Source: a virus
Strand: one strand, 5' to 3'
Virus record (IMG/VR): IMGVR_UViG_3300042402_003181
DNA: 64,000 bases
The notes below the pieces were generated by a model. That model was given only the letters and a program-made list of their open reading frames with translations, ran no database searches and was not told the DNA's origin. Shown one piece after another: positions 9,832 to 19,776 of this stretch. Both the position numbers and the translations under genes were made by a program. How positions within the stretch are numbered: position 1 is the first letter of the stretch; each line of letters opens with the position of its first letter.

Positions 9832-12030
9832 CTAACTAAAAAACTCTTTAACGTCTTTTACAATATTACCCAAACTAAATGGTTTATTTTTTGAGTCTTC
9901 TTGTGTTGATTCTTGCAATGACGCTCTACGACATTTTAATGTCTGTTCAAACATTCCCATTCGAAACGAACTTGTTACGTTTGTAGGCGTATATAATCCA
10001 CTAAATTGCATTAACGGTGTTGATGCAACTTCTCCATTAAACTGATACATACCGGTTGTTTGATCAATCTCAATTGGAGTTCTAAAATTAACTACTATAT
10101 GTACTTCGCCAGACTGATGATTAATTGTGCCATCTAAATTTAAATTTGGATATTGTGTAGGTTTTGATGTATAATTACCAAATCCGCTATGATGTAAAAA
10201 TGCAGGGTCGCCAACAATTCTCATATCAAGGTTAACCATATCATTACCAGAAATTAATGCATCGTGAAATAGTTTAGCAGCTCGAGTTTTTGGTGAGTCT
10301 GACCCCCCGCCGCCGAACCCATCAGTGATTGATATAGTAGCAGTATAAGAATTACGTTGCGGAGTTGATCCTTTTTCAGGGGTTTTTCCAAAAAACGATA
10401 TTATATCATTAACAACACCGCCCGATTCTGAACTAGTTTTATCTGAAGTCTTTACATCCTGAGATGATTTTGAATAATCTGCTGCTAGTAGTTGAGTGTA
10501 GGTGTTTTTTATTCCTATATCAAACGACAACACATCAATGTTTTTACCAGTATACAAATAGTTGTACTCTTTTACTGCGCCAAGTAACAACTTATCATAT
10601 CCTTGTGGTTTTTGATTAATTACAGTTAATCCCGAACTAGCATGTACATTATAAGGAACTACACGATATACAATTATTTTTGGTTTTACCCCAGTTGATG
10701 TATCATTTTCATGTGTTGAAACATTATACACCTGAATATCAATCTTCCACCATTTTTTATAACCCGATGGTGACGTGTTGTCTTCTTCAAGAGAACTAGC
10801 CGGATACTCACTTTGTAAAATTACTTGATCAATTGCATTAGGAATGCTAGAATCTTGTCTAAATTTAAAATCACTTTCGGCTGGGTTTGGTTCAGTTTTT
10901 CCTCGAACATTTACTTTTAGTTTCTCATCATACACAGTATCTTCAGTGCCGTATGGTGCATCAGCTGCGCGGTCTGGTCCAAACCCTAACTTTGATTTTC
11001 CAATGTTGTTGCATTCATCAGCTTTTTGAACATGATATTTAACATCCGGAACACTACTATCTTTTCCTTTTACACTTACTTCAGTTACTCCTAATTTTTT
11101 ATATAGATCTTCTTTTGACCCAGACGTTGCACTTCCTGAATCTCCAGAATCATCTTTTTTATTAGATGCAATCGATGTTGGGAATATGATTAAAATCTCA
11201 TCCGGTACTGCAATAATTCCATCTTTCTTAAATTGTTGAAGCCTTGCATTCCAAACTGATTGCAAACTTTTATCACCAGTTTGTAATACTTCTTGAACAG
11301 TTGTTCCCTTAACTGTCATGTCAGTTTTTAAATTTGAATGTTCTGCACTTAGACCTTGAGAATTCCAAACCAACCCTTTGATTTGATATGTACTACCAGT
11401 TTCATTAACTGCCATTTCAATTTGAGTAAAAGTAAACGGAATGTATCGTGTAGAGTTTGGAATAGGCTGCATTGTACCTAACTCATCATTACCTCGAAAT
11501 TCAATTGTTAATAAGAACGGTGCTGCATTCCAGTTATGATGATCGGCTTCCCAAGCAGCTTGTTGACATGCCATGGTAAACAGTCCCATACTGTACGGTT
11601 CTTTTACTGTAAACGCGATATTCGTAGATGAGATGTTGTTTCCTTGCAAATAACCAATTATACCTTCAACTGTTAGTTCGTCAACAAAGAAATCAAACTT
11701 ACCGTAATCTGTATGAACTCGATTATTAGGATCAGCATTTGCTGACTTACAAATAATTTGTAAAGGTTTTCCTTTTCGTTTACCTGGCTGTAACGTTACT
11801 CCTTTAAGATATGAGTTATCTGGGAAATTAACATCATTATCATGCAATGCGCTAATAGTGATGATATAATCATACGTTGCATAATCATGCAATACATTTG
11901 GAATTGGCAACTCAATCTCTGGAATAGAATCAAAGTCTAACCCAAGATCTGATGCAAATTCTGATACATTTGTTGCTACTGTTTTTAAAACATCGTTTAG
12001 ACCTTTAGTTGCTGCATCTATAAATGCCAT
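9832..12030 (-). CDS. Putative baseplate hub protein (gp27-like position)
   Basis: 732 aa, lying between the gp53-like and gp5-like genes. Contains VKEYNYLYTGKNIDVLSFDI and MVNLDMRIVGDP, typical of hub/tail proteins. The call rests mainly on synteny. Confidence 0.5.
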   Translation of the reverse strand: MAFIDAATKGLNDVLKTVATNVSEFASDLGLDFDSIPEIELPIPNVLHDYATYDYIITISALHDNDVNFPDNSYLKGVTLQPGKRKGKPLQIICKSANADPNNRVHTDYGKFDFFVDELTVEGIIGYLQGNNISSTNIAFTVKEPYSMGLFTMACQQAAWEADHHNWNAAPFLLTIEFRGNDELGTMQPIPNSTRYIPFTFTQIEMAVNETGSTYQIKGLVWNSQGLSAEHSNLKTDMTVKGTTVQEVLQTGDKSLQSVWNARLQQFKKDGIIAVPDEILIIFPTSIASNKKDDSGDSGSATSGSKEDLYKKLGVTEVSVKGKDSSVPDVKYHVQKADECNNIGKSKLGFGPDRAADAPYGTEDTVYDEKLKVNVRGKTEPNPAESDFKFRQDSSIPNAIDQVILQSEYPASSLEEDNTSPSGYKKWWKIDIQVYNVSTHENDTSTGVKPKIIVYRVVPYNVHASSGLTVINQKPQGYDKLLLGAVKEYNYLYTGKNIDVLSFDIGIKNTYTQLLAADYSKSSQDVKTSDKTSSESGGVVNDIISFFGKTPEKGSTPQRNSYTATISITDGFGGGGSDSPKTRAAKLFHDALISGNDMVNLDMRIVGDPAFLHHSGFGNYTSKPTQYPNLNLDGTINHQSGEVHIVVNFRTPIEIDQTTGMYQFNGEVASTPLMQFSGLYTPTNVTSSFRMGMFEQTLKCRRASLQESTQEDSKNKPFSLGNIVKDVKEFFS

Positions 12031-12031
12031 G

Positions 12032-12334
12032 TTAAATCCCCATTACTGTTTTTAATTTACTTAGTTGAGGTATATATATTTGAACACCTGGTACAAAATC
12101 AAATATAGGATCTTGAATTACGTCTAAATTACGCTGTGTAAATACCCACCATAACGCAGCATCATTATATAAATCAAACGCTAACAAATCAGGTCGATGT
12201 GTATATTGTGATTCAATAGTATACAAGTAATCAGATACATCAGCTGCAACTGCTCGAATTTTTAATATATCTAAGTATCCATTAGTAACTGTAGTTAAAA
12301 ACCACGGACTTTTATTGCTATATTTTGCTGCCAT
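12032..12334 (-). CDS. gp53: Baseplate wedge protein gp53/LysM-like
   Basis: 100 aa with YTIESQYTHRPDLLAFDLYNDAALWWVFTQRN, the gp53-type RPD..A..LY...LWW motif. Confidence 0.75.
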   Translation of the reverse strand: MAAKYSNKSPWFLTTVTNGYLDILKIRAVAADVSDYLYTIESQYTHRPDLLAFDLYNDAALWWVFTQRNLDVIQDPIFDFVPGVQIYIPQLSKLKTVMGI

Positions 12335-13260
12335 TATACATACCCAAAACTATTGTTAAGATAGCCGCCGGCTACAAAGTTGTCTAATCCAAACTTACGA
12401 GCACTTGTTCTGCTGTATGCAGGTGTTAAAACTATTGAAAATGAACTTTTAGTTGGAACATATGCAGTTCCGCCGCTTTTTGACATGCCAATACCCATTG
12501 AGTTTGCCATTGATGCAACTTCACCAACAGTATCGGCAATATCAGTAATTGTTTCAGTTATCTTTCCTAACCCAAATGATCCACCAATTGCGCTTGCAGC
12601 TGCACCAACTCCGCCAGCCATAGATGCAATTGCTCCTGCTAAACTAGTAGTTGTTTCAACTGGAATGTAATCACATTCTGCATTTAAACTTGTACTAAAT
12701 GAGGTTACAACTACCGGAACATTATTAAAAACATAACTTCCGTACCCATTTAACATTACAATAGGTGGCGGATTTCCTGCTTTTGGATCGTTACCTGAAA
12801 ACATTTTTGTTACTGATCTAAAATAATGTAATGCTGCAATCCAATACAACGCTTGGTTAGCATCTTCAACATTCATTGGAGCATTGATTGTAATTGTACC
12901 TGGATCACTATGTTGATACGCTTGAAATTTAAAGTTTGAATGCACAGGTTGCATTGATGTATAGGTTGCATTAGCTGACAAACTAATCAGTGGAGTGTAT
13001 GGAAATATCATGCCGCCTGCATCTTTTAACGGTTTTAAAACCGGACTTCCTCTAAAACTCGGCCATGTTGGAAGTGTAAGGCGTACTCGCCAGTCATCGA
13101 CAAACATGTCTTGAACTACTGCATAAACGCTCATTAAATCACCCGCAACTTCGCCTGCTCTAGGCAATGTTGCCGAACGTGTCATGCTTAAAAAATTACC
13201 TGCATTGCTTAATGCACCAATACCTGCACCAGCTGCTGCGCCTAATCCTGAAAATGACAT
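12334..13260 (-). CDS. Tail-tube initiator / baseplate cap (gp48/gp54-like)
   Basis: 308 aa with GMIFPYTP, PPPIVMLNGYGSYVFNNVPVVVTSFS and a tube-like fold signature. First gene of the baseplate operon. Confidence 0.6.
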   Translation of the reverse strand: MSFSGLGAAAGAGIGALSNAGNFLSMTRSATLPRAGEVAGDLMSVYAVVQDMFVDDWRVRLTLPTWPSFRGSPVLKPLKDAGGMIFPYTPLISLSANATYTSMQPVHSNFKFQAYQHSDPGTITINAPMNVEDANQALYWIAALHYFRSVTKMFSGNDPKAGNPPPIVMLNGYGSYVFNNVPVVVTSFSTSLNAECDYIPVETTTSLAGAIASMAGGVGAAASAIGGSFGLGKITETITDIADTVGEVASMANSMGIGMSKSGGTAYVPTKSSFSIVLTPAYSRTSARKFGLDNFVAGGYLNNSFGYV

Positions 13261-13283
13261 TATTATTACTCCTTTTATTGTAT

Positions 13284-13290
13284 TATTTAT
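13284..13290 (-). promoter_or_regulatory. Late promoter (ATAAATA) for the baseplate operon
   Basis: The plus strand reads TATTTAT, 24 nt upstream of the 13260 start. It resembles the T4 late promoter TATAAATA, and the same motif recurs before most structural genes. Confidence 0.75.
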
Positions 13291-13319
13291 TTGACTTTAT
13301 TAAGTGTAGAGTTTATAAT
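13291..13319 (+). promoter_or_regulatory. Sigma70-type early/middle promoter for the gp55-gp47-gp46 operon
   Basis: TTGACT (13291-13296), a 17-nt spacer, then TATAAT (13314-13319), followed by SD GGAG and ATG at 13345. Confidence 0.85.
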
Positions 13320-13344
13320 ATACTTGTAAATGGAGATACAAAAA

Positions 13345-14169
13345 ATGCTTACACCAAAAGTAAATTACTTAAACAATAAAGATATGCTGTTAGAAATACA
13401 TAGATCAAAAAGTTCGTATTGTGTCTTTACAGACCCAGCATATCATCAATACGACCTTATTTTACCTAATATTGATAAAATAAATATCCGTACTATCGCT
13501 ACTGCAAAACGGAATCAAGCAAAGCGTATAGGGGACTTAGCATATTTAACTAGAAAGAGCGAAGGCGAAAAAATTAAACAAGCAGAATGCGAGGTTAATT
13601 ATAAAACTATTCCAAAAGAAGATGTAGTATTTAGAATTATGTCATATGAACATATTCCGCTAAACGCAACAAGAAAGAAAAATCCAAAAACAGAAGCAGA
13701 TAAACGAGAAAAAGTAAACTTTCCTCCGTTCCAACATTGGAAATTTATAGATGATCAACTAGTATGTGTAGGCAAGAGCCACTGGAACGGCGACTTAGAA
13801 ACTGGACATTTTGATAAAAATGCAGGTCAAATTACTAATACATTAGCTCGTATGATGATTAAATTATGTGAACGCTATGCTACTAGAGGTAATGTTAGAG
13901 GTTATACCTACAACGATGAAATGCGTGGACAGGCAATATTACAACTAACACAAATTGGATTACAATTTGACGAATCTAAATCAGATAACCCATTTGCGTA
14001 TTTTACAGCAGCAGTTACTAATAGTTTTGTTAGAGTTATTAACATTGAAAAACGAAATCAAAACATTAGAGATGACATTTTAGAAATGAACGGAATGAAT
14101 CCATCGTATACTAGAACAGGATCTGAAGAATATGAAAACGCAATGCGAAGATCAGACGAATATGAATAA
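13345..14169 (+). CDS. gp55: Late-transcription sigma factor, gp55-like
   Basis: NYLNNKDMLLEI at the N-terminus and RGNVRGYTYNDEMRGQAILQL...FDESKSDNPFAYFT...NSFVRVINIEKRNQ are the gp55 signature. It sits next to gp47/46 as in T4. The likely start is 13345 (SD GGAG) rather than 13330. Confidence 0.88.
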   Translation: MLTPKVNYLNNKDMLLEIHRSKSSYCVFTDPAYHQYDLILPNIDKINIRTIATAKRNQAKRIGDLAYLTRKSEGEKIKQAECEVNYKTIPKEDVVFRIMSYEHIPLNATRKKNPKTEADKREKVNFPPFQHWKFIDDQLVCVGKSHWNGDLETGHFDKNAGQITNTLARMMIKLCERYATRGNVRGYTYNDEMRGQAILQLTQIGLQFDESKSDNPFAYFTAAVTNSFVRVINIEKRNQNIRDDILEMNGMNPSYTRTGSEEYENAMRRSDEYE

Positions 14170-14389
14170 TACACTGGATATAGCACATCCTGCACTTGAT
14201 GATGCTTATCAAATTCTTAAAGAAGAACACTTGGATGCTAAAGCTAGTTATATTGAAAAACTGTTTGAAGAAACTTATAAATGCAAAATAATTTTTGATA
14301 ATAGATTTGGCGGTTCAGTTACATTTAACACAAACAAAGATTTAGTTTGGTTTTTATTAAAACACGACTCAACAGGAAATAATGGATAA
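14162..14389 (+). CDS. Hypothetical protein
   Basis: Small ORF overlapping the gp55 stop and the gp47 start (translational coupling). Likely start is ATG 14162. Confidence 0.55.
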   Translation: MNNTLDIAHPALDDAYQILKEEHLDAKASYIEKLFEETYKCKIIFDNRFGGSVTFNTNKDLVWFLLKHDSTGNNG

Positions 14390-15395
14390 TTTATTTAAAA
14401 AAGCAGCAGTTTTTACAGATATCCACTTTGGATTAAAGTCAAATAGCAGTGTACACAATCAAGATTGTGAAGATTTTATAGATTGGTACATTGGTACTGC
14501 TAAAACAGAAGGGTGTGATGTTGGAATCTTTATGGGAGATTGGCATCACAATCGCAACAGTTTAAACATTACAACAATGGATTACAGTCTAAGAGCATTA
14601 GAGAAATTAGGCCAAGCGTTTGATAAATTTTACTTTTTTCCAGGTAATCACGACCTATATTACAAAGATAAACGTGACATACACAGCGTTGAATTTGGCA
14701 AATATATCCCTGGAATTACAGTAGTTCATCATCCAACTACCATTGGGAATGTTACATTATGCCCTTGGTTAGTACATGATGAATGGAAAGAAATTGGTAA
14801 GAAAGGTGCGAAATATATCTTTGGACACTTCGAATTACCTCATTTTTTTATGAACGCAATGGTACAAATGCCTGATCACGGTGAGATTAGTTTAGACTCT
14901 TTTAGCAGTTACGAACTTGGTTTTAGTGGTCATTTTCACAAAAGACAGCAACGTGAAAACATGCATTACATTGGTAATGCATTCCCTCATAACTATGCAG
15001 ATGCATGGGATGATGCAAGAGGTATGATGACATTAGAGTGGGGCGGACAACCAGAATTCTTTACATGGCCTAATCAACCTACATTTAGAACTGTTAAATT
15101 AAGTCAACTTTTAGACGATGCTGATAATATTCTTAAACCAAATCAACACTTAAGAGTAGCATTAGATATTGATATTAGCTTTGAAGAAGCTAGCTTTATT
15201 AAAGAAAAATTTATTGGAGATTACAAATTAAGAGAACTTAAAGTAATTGAAGAACGCAAGTCAATAGATGTATCAAGCAACGTAGACATTGAAGCATTTG
15301 AAAGTATAGACGAAATTGTAGCAACTCAAATTGTAAATATTGACTCTGAAACTTATAACAAAAACACATTATTATCAATCTATAGCAACCTATGA
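14382..15395 (+). CDS. gp47: Recombination endonuclease subunit gp47 (Mre11/SbcD-like)
   Basis: Metallophosphoesterase motifs FTDIHFG, GDWHH, GNHD, GHFE and GHFH. Confidence 0.93.
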   Translation: MDNLFKKAAVFTDIHFGLKSNSSVHNQDCEDFIDWYIGTAKTEGCDVGIFMGDWHHNRNSLNITTMDYSLRALEKLGQAFDKFYFFPGNHDLYYKDKRDIHSVEFGKYIPGITVVHHPTTIGNVTLCPWLVHDEWKEIGKKGAKYIFGHFELPHFFMNAMVQMPDHGEISLDSFSSYELGFSGHFHKRQQRENMHYIGNAFPHNYADAWDDARGMMTLEWGGQPEFFTWPNQPTFRTVKLSQLLDDADNILKPNQHLRVALDIDISFEEASFIKEKFIGDYKLRELKVIEERKSIDVSSNVDIEAFESIDEIVATQIVNIDSETYNKNTLLSIYSNL

Positions 15396-17155
15396 AAATA
15401 CAAAATTTAACTGTAAAGAATTTTATGAGTGTAGGGAATCAAACTCAGGCTGTAGATTTTGAGAAAGAAAACTTAACACTTGTACTAGGAGAAAACTTAG
15501 ATCAAGGCGGCGACGATGCAGGATCTAGAAATGGTACAGGCAAGACGACTATCGTAAACGCATTGAGTTATGCGCTTTACGGTACTGCTCTTACTAACAT
15601 TAAAAAAGACAATTTAATCAACAAAATCAATAATAAGAACATGTTAGTTACATTGTCTTTTGAAAAGGATGGTAACACATACCGCATAGAACGTGGGCGC
15701 AAACCAACTGTTCTTAAGTTCTTTGTTAACGAAGAATCACAAGTTTTAGCAGACGATGCACAAGGCGATATGAGAGAAACACAAAAAGACTTGCATCACT
15801 TATTTGGTATGAGTCATGATATGTTCAAACATATTGTTGCATTAAACACTTATACAGAACCGTTCTTATCAATGAGGGCAAATGATCAACGAGAAATCAT
15901 TGAGCAACTGTTAGGTATTACATTGCTAAGTGAAAAAGCTGAAACACTTAAAGAGCAAGTTAGACAAACCAAAGATACAATTTATCAAGAAACTGCTAAT
16001 ATTGAAGCTGCTAAAAAGTCAAATGAGCGTATTCAACAAAGTATTGATACTTTGTTATTAAGACAAAAAGCATGGTATAGTCAACAAGAAACTGATCTTG
16101 AAAAACTTGCTCGTGCTATTGTAGAAATGGAAAGTGTAGACATTGAATCTGAAATTGCTAACCACGCGTTACTAAAAGATTACTTAGAACAACGTGCAAC
16201 AATAGCAAGTCTTAACAAAGAAAAAGCAACTTTAGAGTCTGCATCAAGTCAAGCTACTAAAACTAGAGACAAATATGTTAGAGAAATTGACGCACTTGAT
16301 AACAAAAAATGTCATGCTTGTGAACAAGAATTACACGATCACAAACACACAGAATTATTAGAAACTGCCACACAACATTTGCTCGAAGCACAGAAATATT
16401 TTGATAAAGTATCAAATGATTACAATAAAATATGCAATGAGCTAGCTAATATTACAGTTATTGAAACTAGACCAGATACATATTATGACACACTTGAGCA
16501 AGCATTAAAACACCAAACTAACTTTAGATCTTTAGAACAACAGTTAGAAGTTAAAGCAGTTGACACTGATCCATACCAAGAACAAATTGACGAAATGCGG
16601 AATGCTGCATTACAAGAGATTAGCTGGGATAAGATTAACGAAGCAACTGCACTTAAAGATCACCAAGAGTTTTTGCTTAAACTACTCACAAATAAAGACA
16701 GTTTTATCCGTAAAAAAATTATAGATCAAAATTTAGCGTACTTAAACAATCGGTTAACATACTACTTAGATAAGATGGGATTACCGCATAATGTTGTATT
16801 CCAAAACGATTTAAGTGTTGAAATTACACAACTTGGACAGGATTTAGATTTTCATAATCTTTCAAGAGGAGAAATGAATAGAGTTATTATTTCGTTAAGT
16901 TTAGCTTTTCGAGATGTATGGGAAAGCTTATATCAAAAAATTAACCTACTGTTTGTTGACGAATTGTTAGACAACGGGCTTGATTCAAACGGCATTGAGT
17001 GTGCGTTGTCAATCTTAAAAGCTAGAGCTAGACAATCAGATTCGTCAATTTGGTTAATTAGTCATAAAGAAGAATTAATCGGACGAGTAGACAACATATT
17101 GCGAGTTTACAAAGAAAACGGTTTTACGAATTACGATTATCCAACTATACAATGA
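15392..17155 (+). CDS. gp46: Recombination ATPase subunit gp46 (Rad50/SbcC-like)
   Basis: Walker A GSRNGTGKTT, a coiled coil with Zn-hook CHAC, signature LSRGE, Walker B LLFVDE and H-loop LISH. Confidence 0.95.
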   Translation: MKIQNLTVKNFMSVGNQTQAVDFEKENLTLVLGENLDQGGDDAGSRNGTGKTTIVNALSYALYGTALTNIKKDNLINKINNKNMLVTLSFEKDGNTYRIERGRKPTVLKFFVNEESQVLADDAQGDMRETQKDLHHLFGMSHDMFKHIVALNTYTEPFLSMRANDQREIIEQLLGITLLSEKAETLKEQVRQTKDTIYQETANIEAAKKSNERIQQSIDTLLLRQKAWYSQQETDLEKLARAIVEMESVDIESEIANHALLKDYLEQRATIASLNKEKATLESASSQATKTRDKYVREIDALDNKKCHACEQELHDHKHTELLETATQHLLEAQKYFDKVSNDYNKICNELANITVIETRPDTYYDTLEQALKHQTNFRSLEQQLEVKAVDTDPYQEQIDEMRNAALQEISWDKINEATALKDHQEFLLKLLTNKDSFIRKKIIDQNLAYLNNRLTYYLDKMGLPHNVVFQNDLSVEITQLGQDLDFHNLSRGEMNRVIISLSLAFRDVWESLYQKINLLFVDELLDNGLDSNGIECALSILKARARQSDSSIWLISHKEELIGRVDNILRVYKENGFTNYDYPTIQ

Positions 17156-17880
17156 AACAGTCAATACCGTACCTTTACCAGTGGATTCACATACCTACTA
17201 ATAAATGGTATATAGGATCAAAAACGCAAGCTGGGTGGAATCCAGCTTGCCATGAGAATTACCTGTGTTCAAGTAAAATAGTAAAGCCGTTAATTTTAGA
17301 AAATAGAAATGACTGGAGATATGAAATCTTAGCAATCGGCCCTGCATCATATATAAGAAAATTAGAATCCGATTACCTTACAATTTTAGATGCTAAAAAC
17401 GATCCTATGAGTTTTAATCAATCAAATGCTAAAATTGATCCAGGAAATAGATTAGGTAGAATCGAGTCAAAAATAACTCGTGCAAAGAAAAGTTTAGCAA
17501 GGCAAGGAGATAAAAATCCTATGTACGGTAAAAGGGGTGAATTAAGTCCACACTTTGGAAAACATCACTCTGCAGAAGTTAAACAAAAACAAAGCGATGG
17601 TGTTAAAAATTATGCAGCATTTCGCCCAGCAACACATAATGAAAATATAAGTAAATCATTAAAAGGAAATCCTAAAGTAGGATTAAAAGGCGAAAAAAAT
17701 CCAATGTATGGAAAATCTGCATCTGACTATAATAAACAAATGTCCAAGTTAAAAAATTCAGGAGATAACAATCCGATGAAGCAACTTAAACATCAACGAA
17801 CATGCGAGCATTGTAACAAGACGATTGCAAAAAATCATTATACTCTGTTTCACGGTGACAAATGTAAATTAAAATCGTAA
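17152..17880 (+). mobile_element. Free-standing GIY-YIG-type homing endonuclease with NUMOD3 repeats (Seg-like)
   Basis: N-terminal YLYQW...NKWYIGS (a GIY-YIG variant), NUMOD3-like repeats GDKNPMYGK, FGKHHSAEVKQKQS, GEKNPMYGK and GDNNPM, and a C-terminal CEHC...HGDKC. It overlaps the gp46 stop (ATGA). Confidence 0.82.
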
Positions 17881-17884
17881 TAAT

Positions 17885-17910
17885 ATGCCACTTTATTTTT
17901 AGAGTGGCAT
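17885..17910 (+). terminator. Hairpin after the homing endonuclease (possible terminator or processing site)
   Basis: ATGCCACT...AGTGGCAT, an 8-bp perfect stem immediately downstream of the stop. There is no strong U-tract. Confidence 0.45.
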
Positions 17911-17921
17911 TCTCACGACTA

Positions 17922-17928
17922 ATAAATA
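17922..17928 (+). promoter_or_regulatory. Late promoter ATAAATA
   Basis: Motif 20 nt upstream of the 17948 ORF; it would drive the resolvase late. Confidence 0.65.
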
Positions 17929-17947
17929 GTTATTATATGGAATTATT

Positions 17948-18271
17948 ATGTTACCAAATGAAGAATTACACGACGAAATAATGAATGCGTTTAATGAATA
18001 CTTTAAAGCACATCAACGTTGGGTTACAATACAAAACTCGTCAACTGTTGTAGATTTACGTAAAGAATTAATGGCTATGAGAAAACTTAGTATTAAGTTA
18101 AGAAAGTATTGTGAAGATCAACGCAACGTTGTACAGGATTGGCGTTACTATCATTTTTCCCCTAAACAACCAAGTAAACGCGCTAAAGCATTGATAGCAG
18201 AGCGTGATCAAAAAATAAAAGATGGCACTGCAGATCCGATAACTAAAATAAAGATCAAACACAGAAACTAA
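17948..18271 (+). CDS. Hypothetical protein
   Basis: 107-aa helical, basic ORF behind a late promoter. Confidence 0.7.
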   Translation: MLPNEELHDEIMNAFNEYFKAHQRWVTIQNSSTVVDLRKELMAMRKLSIKLRKYCEDQRNVVQDWRYYHFSPKQPSKRAKALIAERDQKIKDGTADPITKIKIKHRN

Positions 18272-18280
18272 AGGAACAGT

Positions 18281-18799
18281 ATGCCAAGTAAGAGCAAATC
18301 AAAAGGGAACAGTTGGGAAAATACAGTATCAAAACATTTAAGCTCACTGTATAATGCATCTTTCATGCGGGTGCCAGGCAGCGGTGCTTATATTGGAGGT
18401 AAGAATGCAGTACGTAAAGACTTCTTACATGAAGGACAAATACGTTCTATGAAAGGTGATATTGTGCCGCCATTAAATTGGAAACACTTTAATGCTGAAT
18501 GTAAATCTTATGCTGATTTTCCATTTCATCAATTGTTTACTGCAGGTGAAATTAAGATTTTAGATACTTGGATTGAGCAAACTTTAGAAGTTGCTGATAC
18601 AGATGATTTCAATATTATTATGATGAAGTTTAATCGCAAAGGCTCTTATGTTGCGTTTGAACATAAACATTTCAAAAAATTCAAACTACAAAAAAGTGTA
18701 GACTATTACTCCAAAAAGAACGGTAAATGGGTGTTTACTGATTACGATTCTTTTTGGAGTGAAAATAAAGATGTTGTTGAGAAACTTTCTAAAGTGTAA
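18281..18799 (+). CDS. Holliday junction resolvase, PD-(D/E)xK type
   Basis: MPSKSKSKGNSWEN..., RVPGSGA, GDIV and ECKSY match the phage Hjc-like resolvase pattern. SD AAGGA. Confidence 0.8.
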   Translation: MPSKSKSKGNSWENTVSKHLSSLYNASFMRVPGSGAYIGGKNAVRKDFLHEGQIRSMKGDIVPPLNWKHFNAECKSYADFPFHQLFTAGEIKILDTWIEQTLEVADTDDFNIIMMKFNRKGSYVAFEHKHFKKFKLQKSVDYYSKKNGKWVFTDYDSFWSENKDVVEKLSKV

Positions 18800-19775
18800 G
18801 ATCTGTTGAGTCAACAGGTTTATCTAATGAATTGATAATCTCATTAACATTTAACAGTGGTATATTATATTTTGTTACTGCATACGTAGCAACATCACTA
18901 CACAGACTAAGAAATTCGCTGTAGCTACTTGTCCATTTCATCATATTCATTCTAACTAATACAAACTCAACGTTTCCTTTATGATATCCTTTCAACGGAT
19001 CTAATCGATCTGGGCTTGATTTAAGTCCAGATAATCTACCTTGATCTAATTTTGTTTTTCCTTCATAAAATGGGAGATGTGTAAATGCACATTTCCATTC
19101 TTGTTTATTAATTAAATCCCATAAATCTTGATATGACATAGATACTGAAAATCTATCCTCTATTTGTTTTCCGTCTTCTAACTTTTCTAACCTAGAAGTT
19201 AATCGATCATAAATGCTAGTTGCAGCAATAAACCACATTTTATGTTTAGTATCGTTGTTATTGTAGTCAGATGGTAGCGGACCTTTAATATTCCTTACAT
19301 ACTGTTGTATAGCTAATGATTTTTTATATCTTTCTTTCTCACGTTCTAACGGTTCTTTATATCTTTTATCCGAAGCTATTATTGCATCTGCATTGTAATT
19401 AAATGTTTCAATAGGTAAACCGGTGTATAAGCATTGCCTCCGTAATGAGACAACTTTATACTCATTGGGTGTAAGTTCTGGTTTTATTGATAAAGCTCGT
19501 TTTATAAGTTTATATCGGTCAGAAATAATTTCAAAAACTTTAGCTGCACGGTCGTTATAAAAATTAAACATTTTTTCTGTAATTTCAAACGTTTCTCGAG
19601 AATCAAGTACTTTTGTAAGCTCATCTCTTACTTTATGCAATGACTCCATGTCAGTCCGTTGTAGATAAAATCCAAGAGGAAATGGATAATTTTTATATGG
19701 TTTTCCCTTTATATGTATTATAGTTTTTGTAAGTTTTTTTGTTAAAGTGTCTTTGTATTTCTCTGGTGTGCTCAT
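18789..19775 (-). CDS. Protein with a C-terminal His-Me-finger/HNH-like nuclease domain (paralogue 2)
   Basis: C-terminal WKCAFTHLPF...SSPDRLDPLKGYHKGNVEFVLVRMNMMK. The likely start is ATG 19775, directly after the TGA of the upstream paralogue. Confidence 0.65.
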   Translation of the reverse strand: MSTPEKYKDTLTKKLTKTIIHIKGKPYKNYPFPLGFYLQRTDMESLHKVRDELTKVLDSRETFEITEKMFNFYNDRAAKVFEIISDRYKLIKRALSIKPELTPNEYKVVSLRRQCLYTGLPIETFNYNADAIIASDKRYKEPLEREKERYKKSLAIQQYVRNIKGPLPSDYNNNDTKHKMWFIAATSIYDRLTSRLEKLEDGKQIEDRFSVSMSYQDLWDLINKQEWKCAFTHLPFYEGKTKLDQGRLSGLKSSPDRLDPLKGYHKGNVEFVLVRMNMMKWTSSYSEFLSLCSDVATYAVTKYNIPLLNVNEIINSLDKPVDSTDLTL

Positions 19776-19776
19776 T

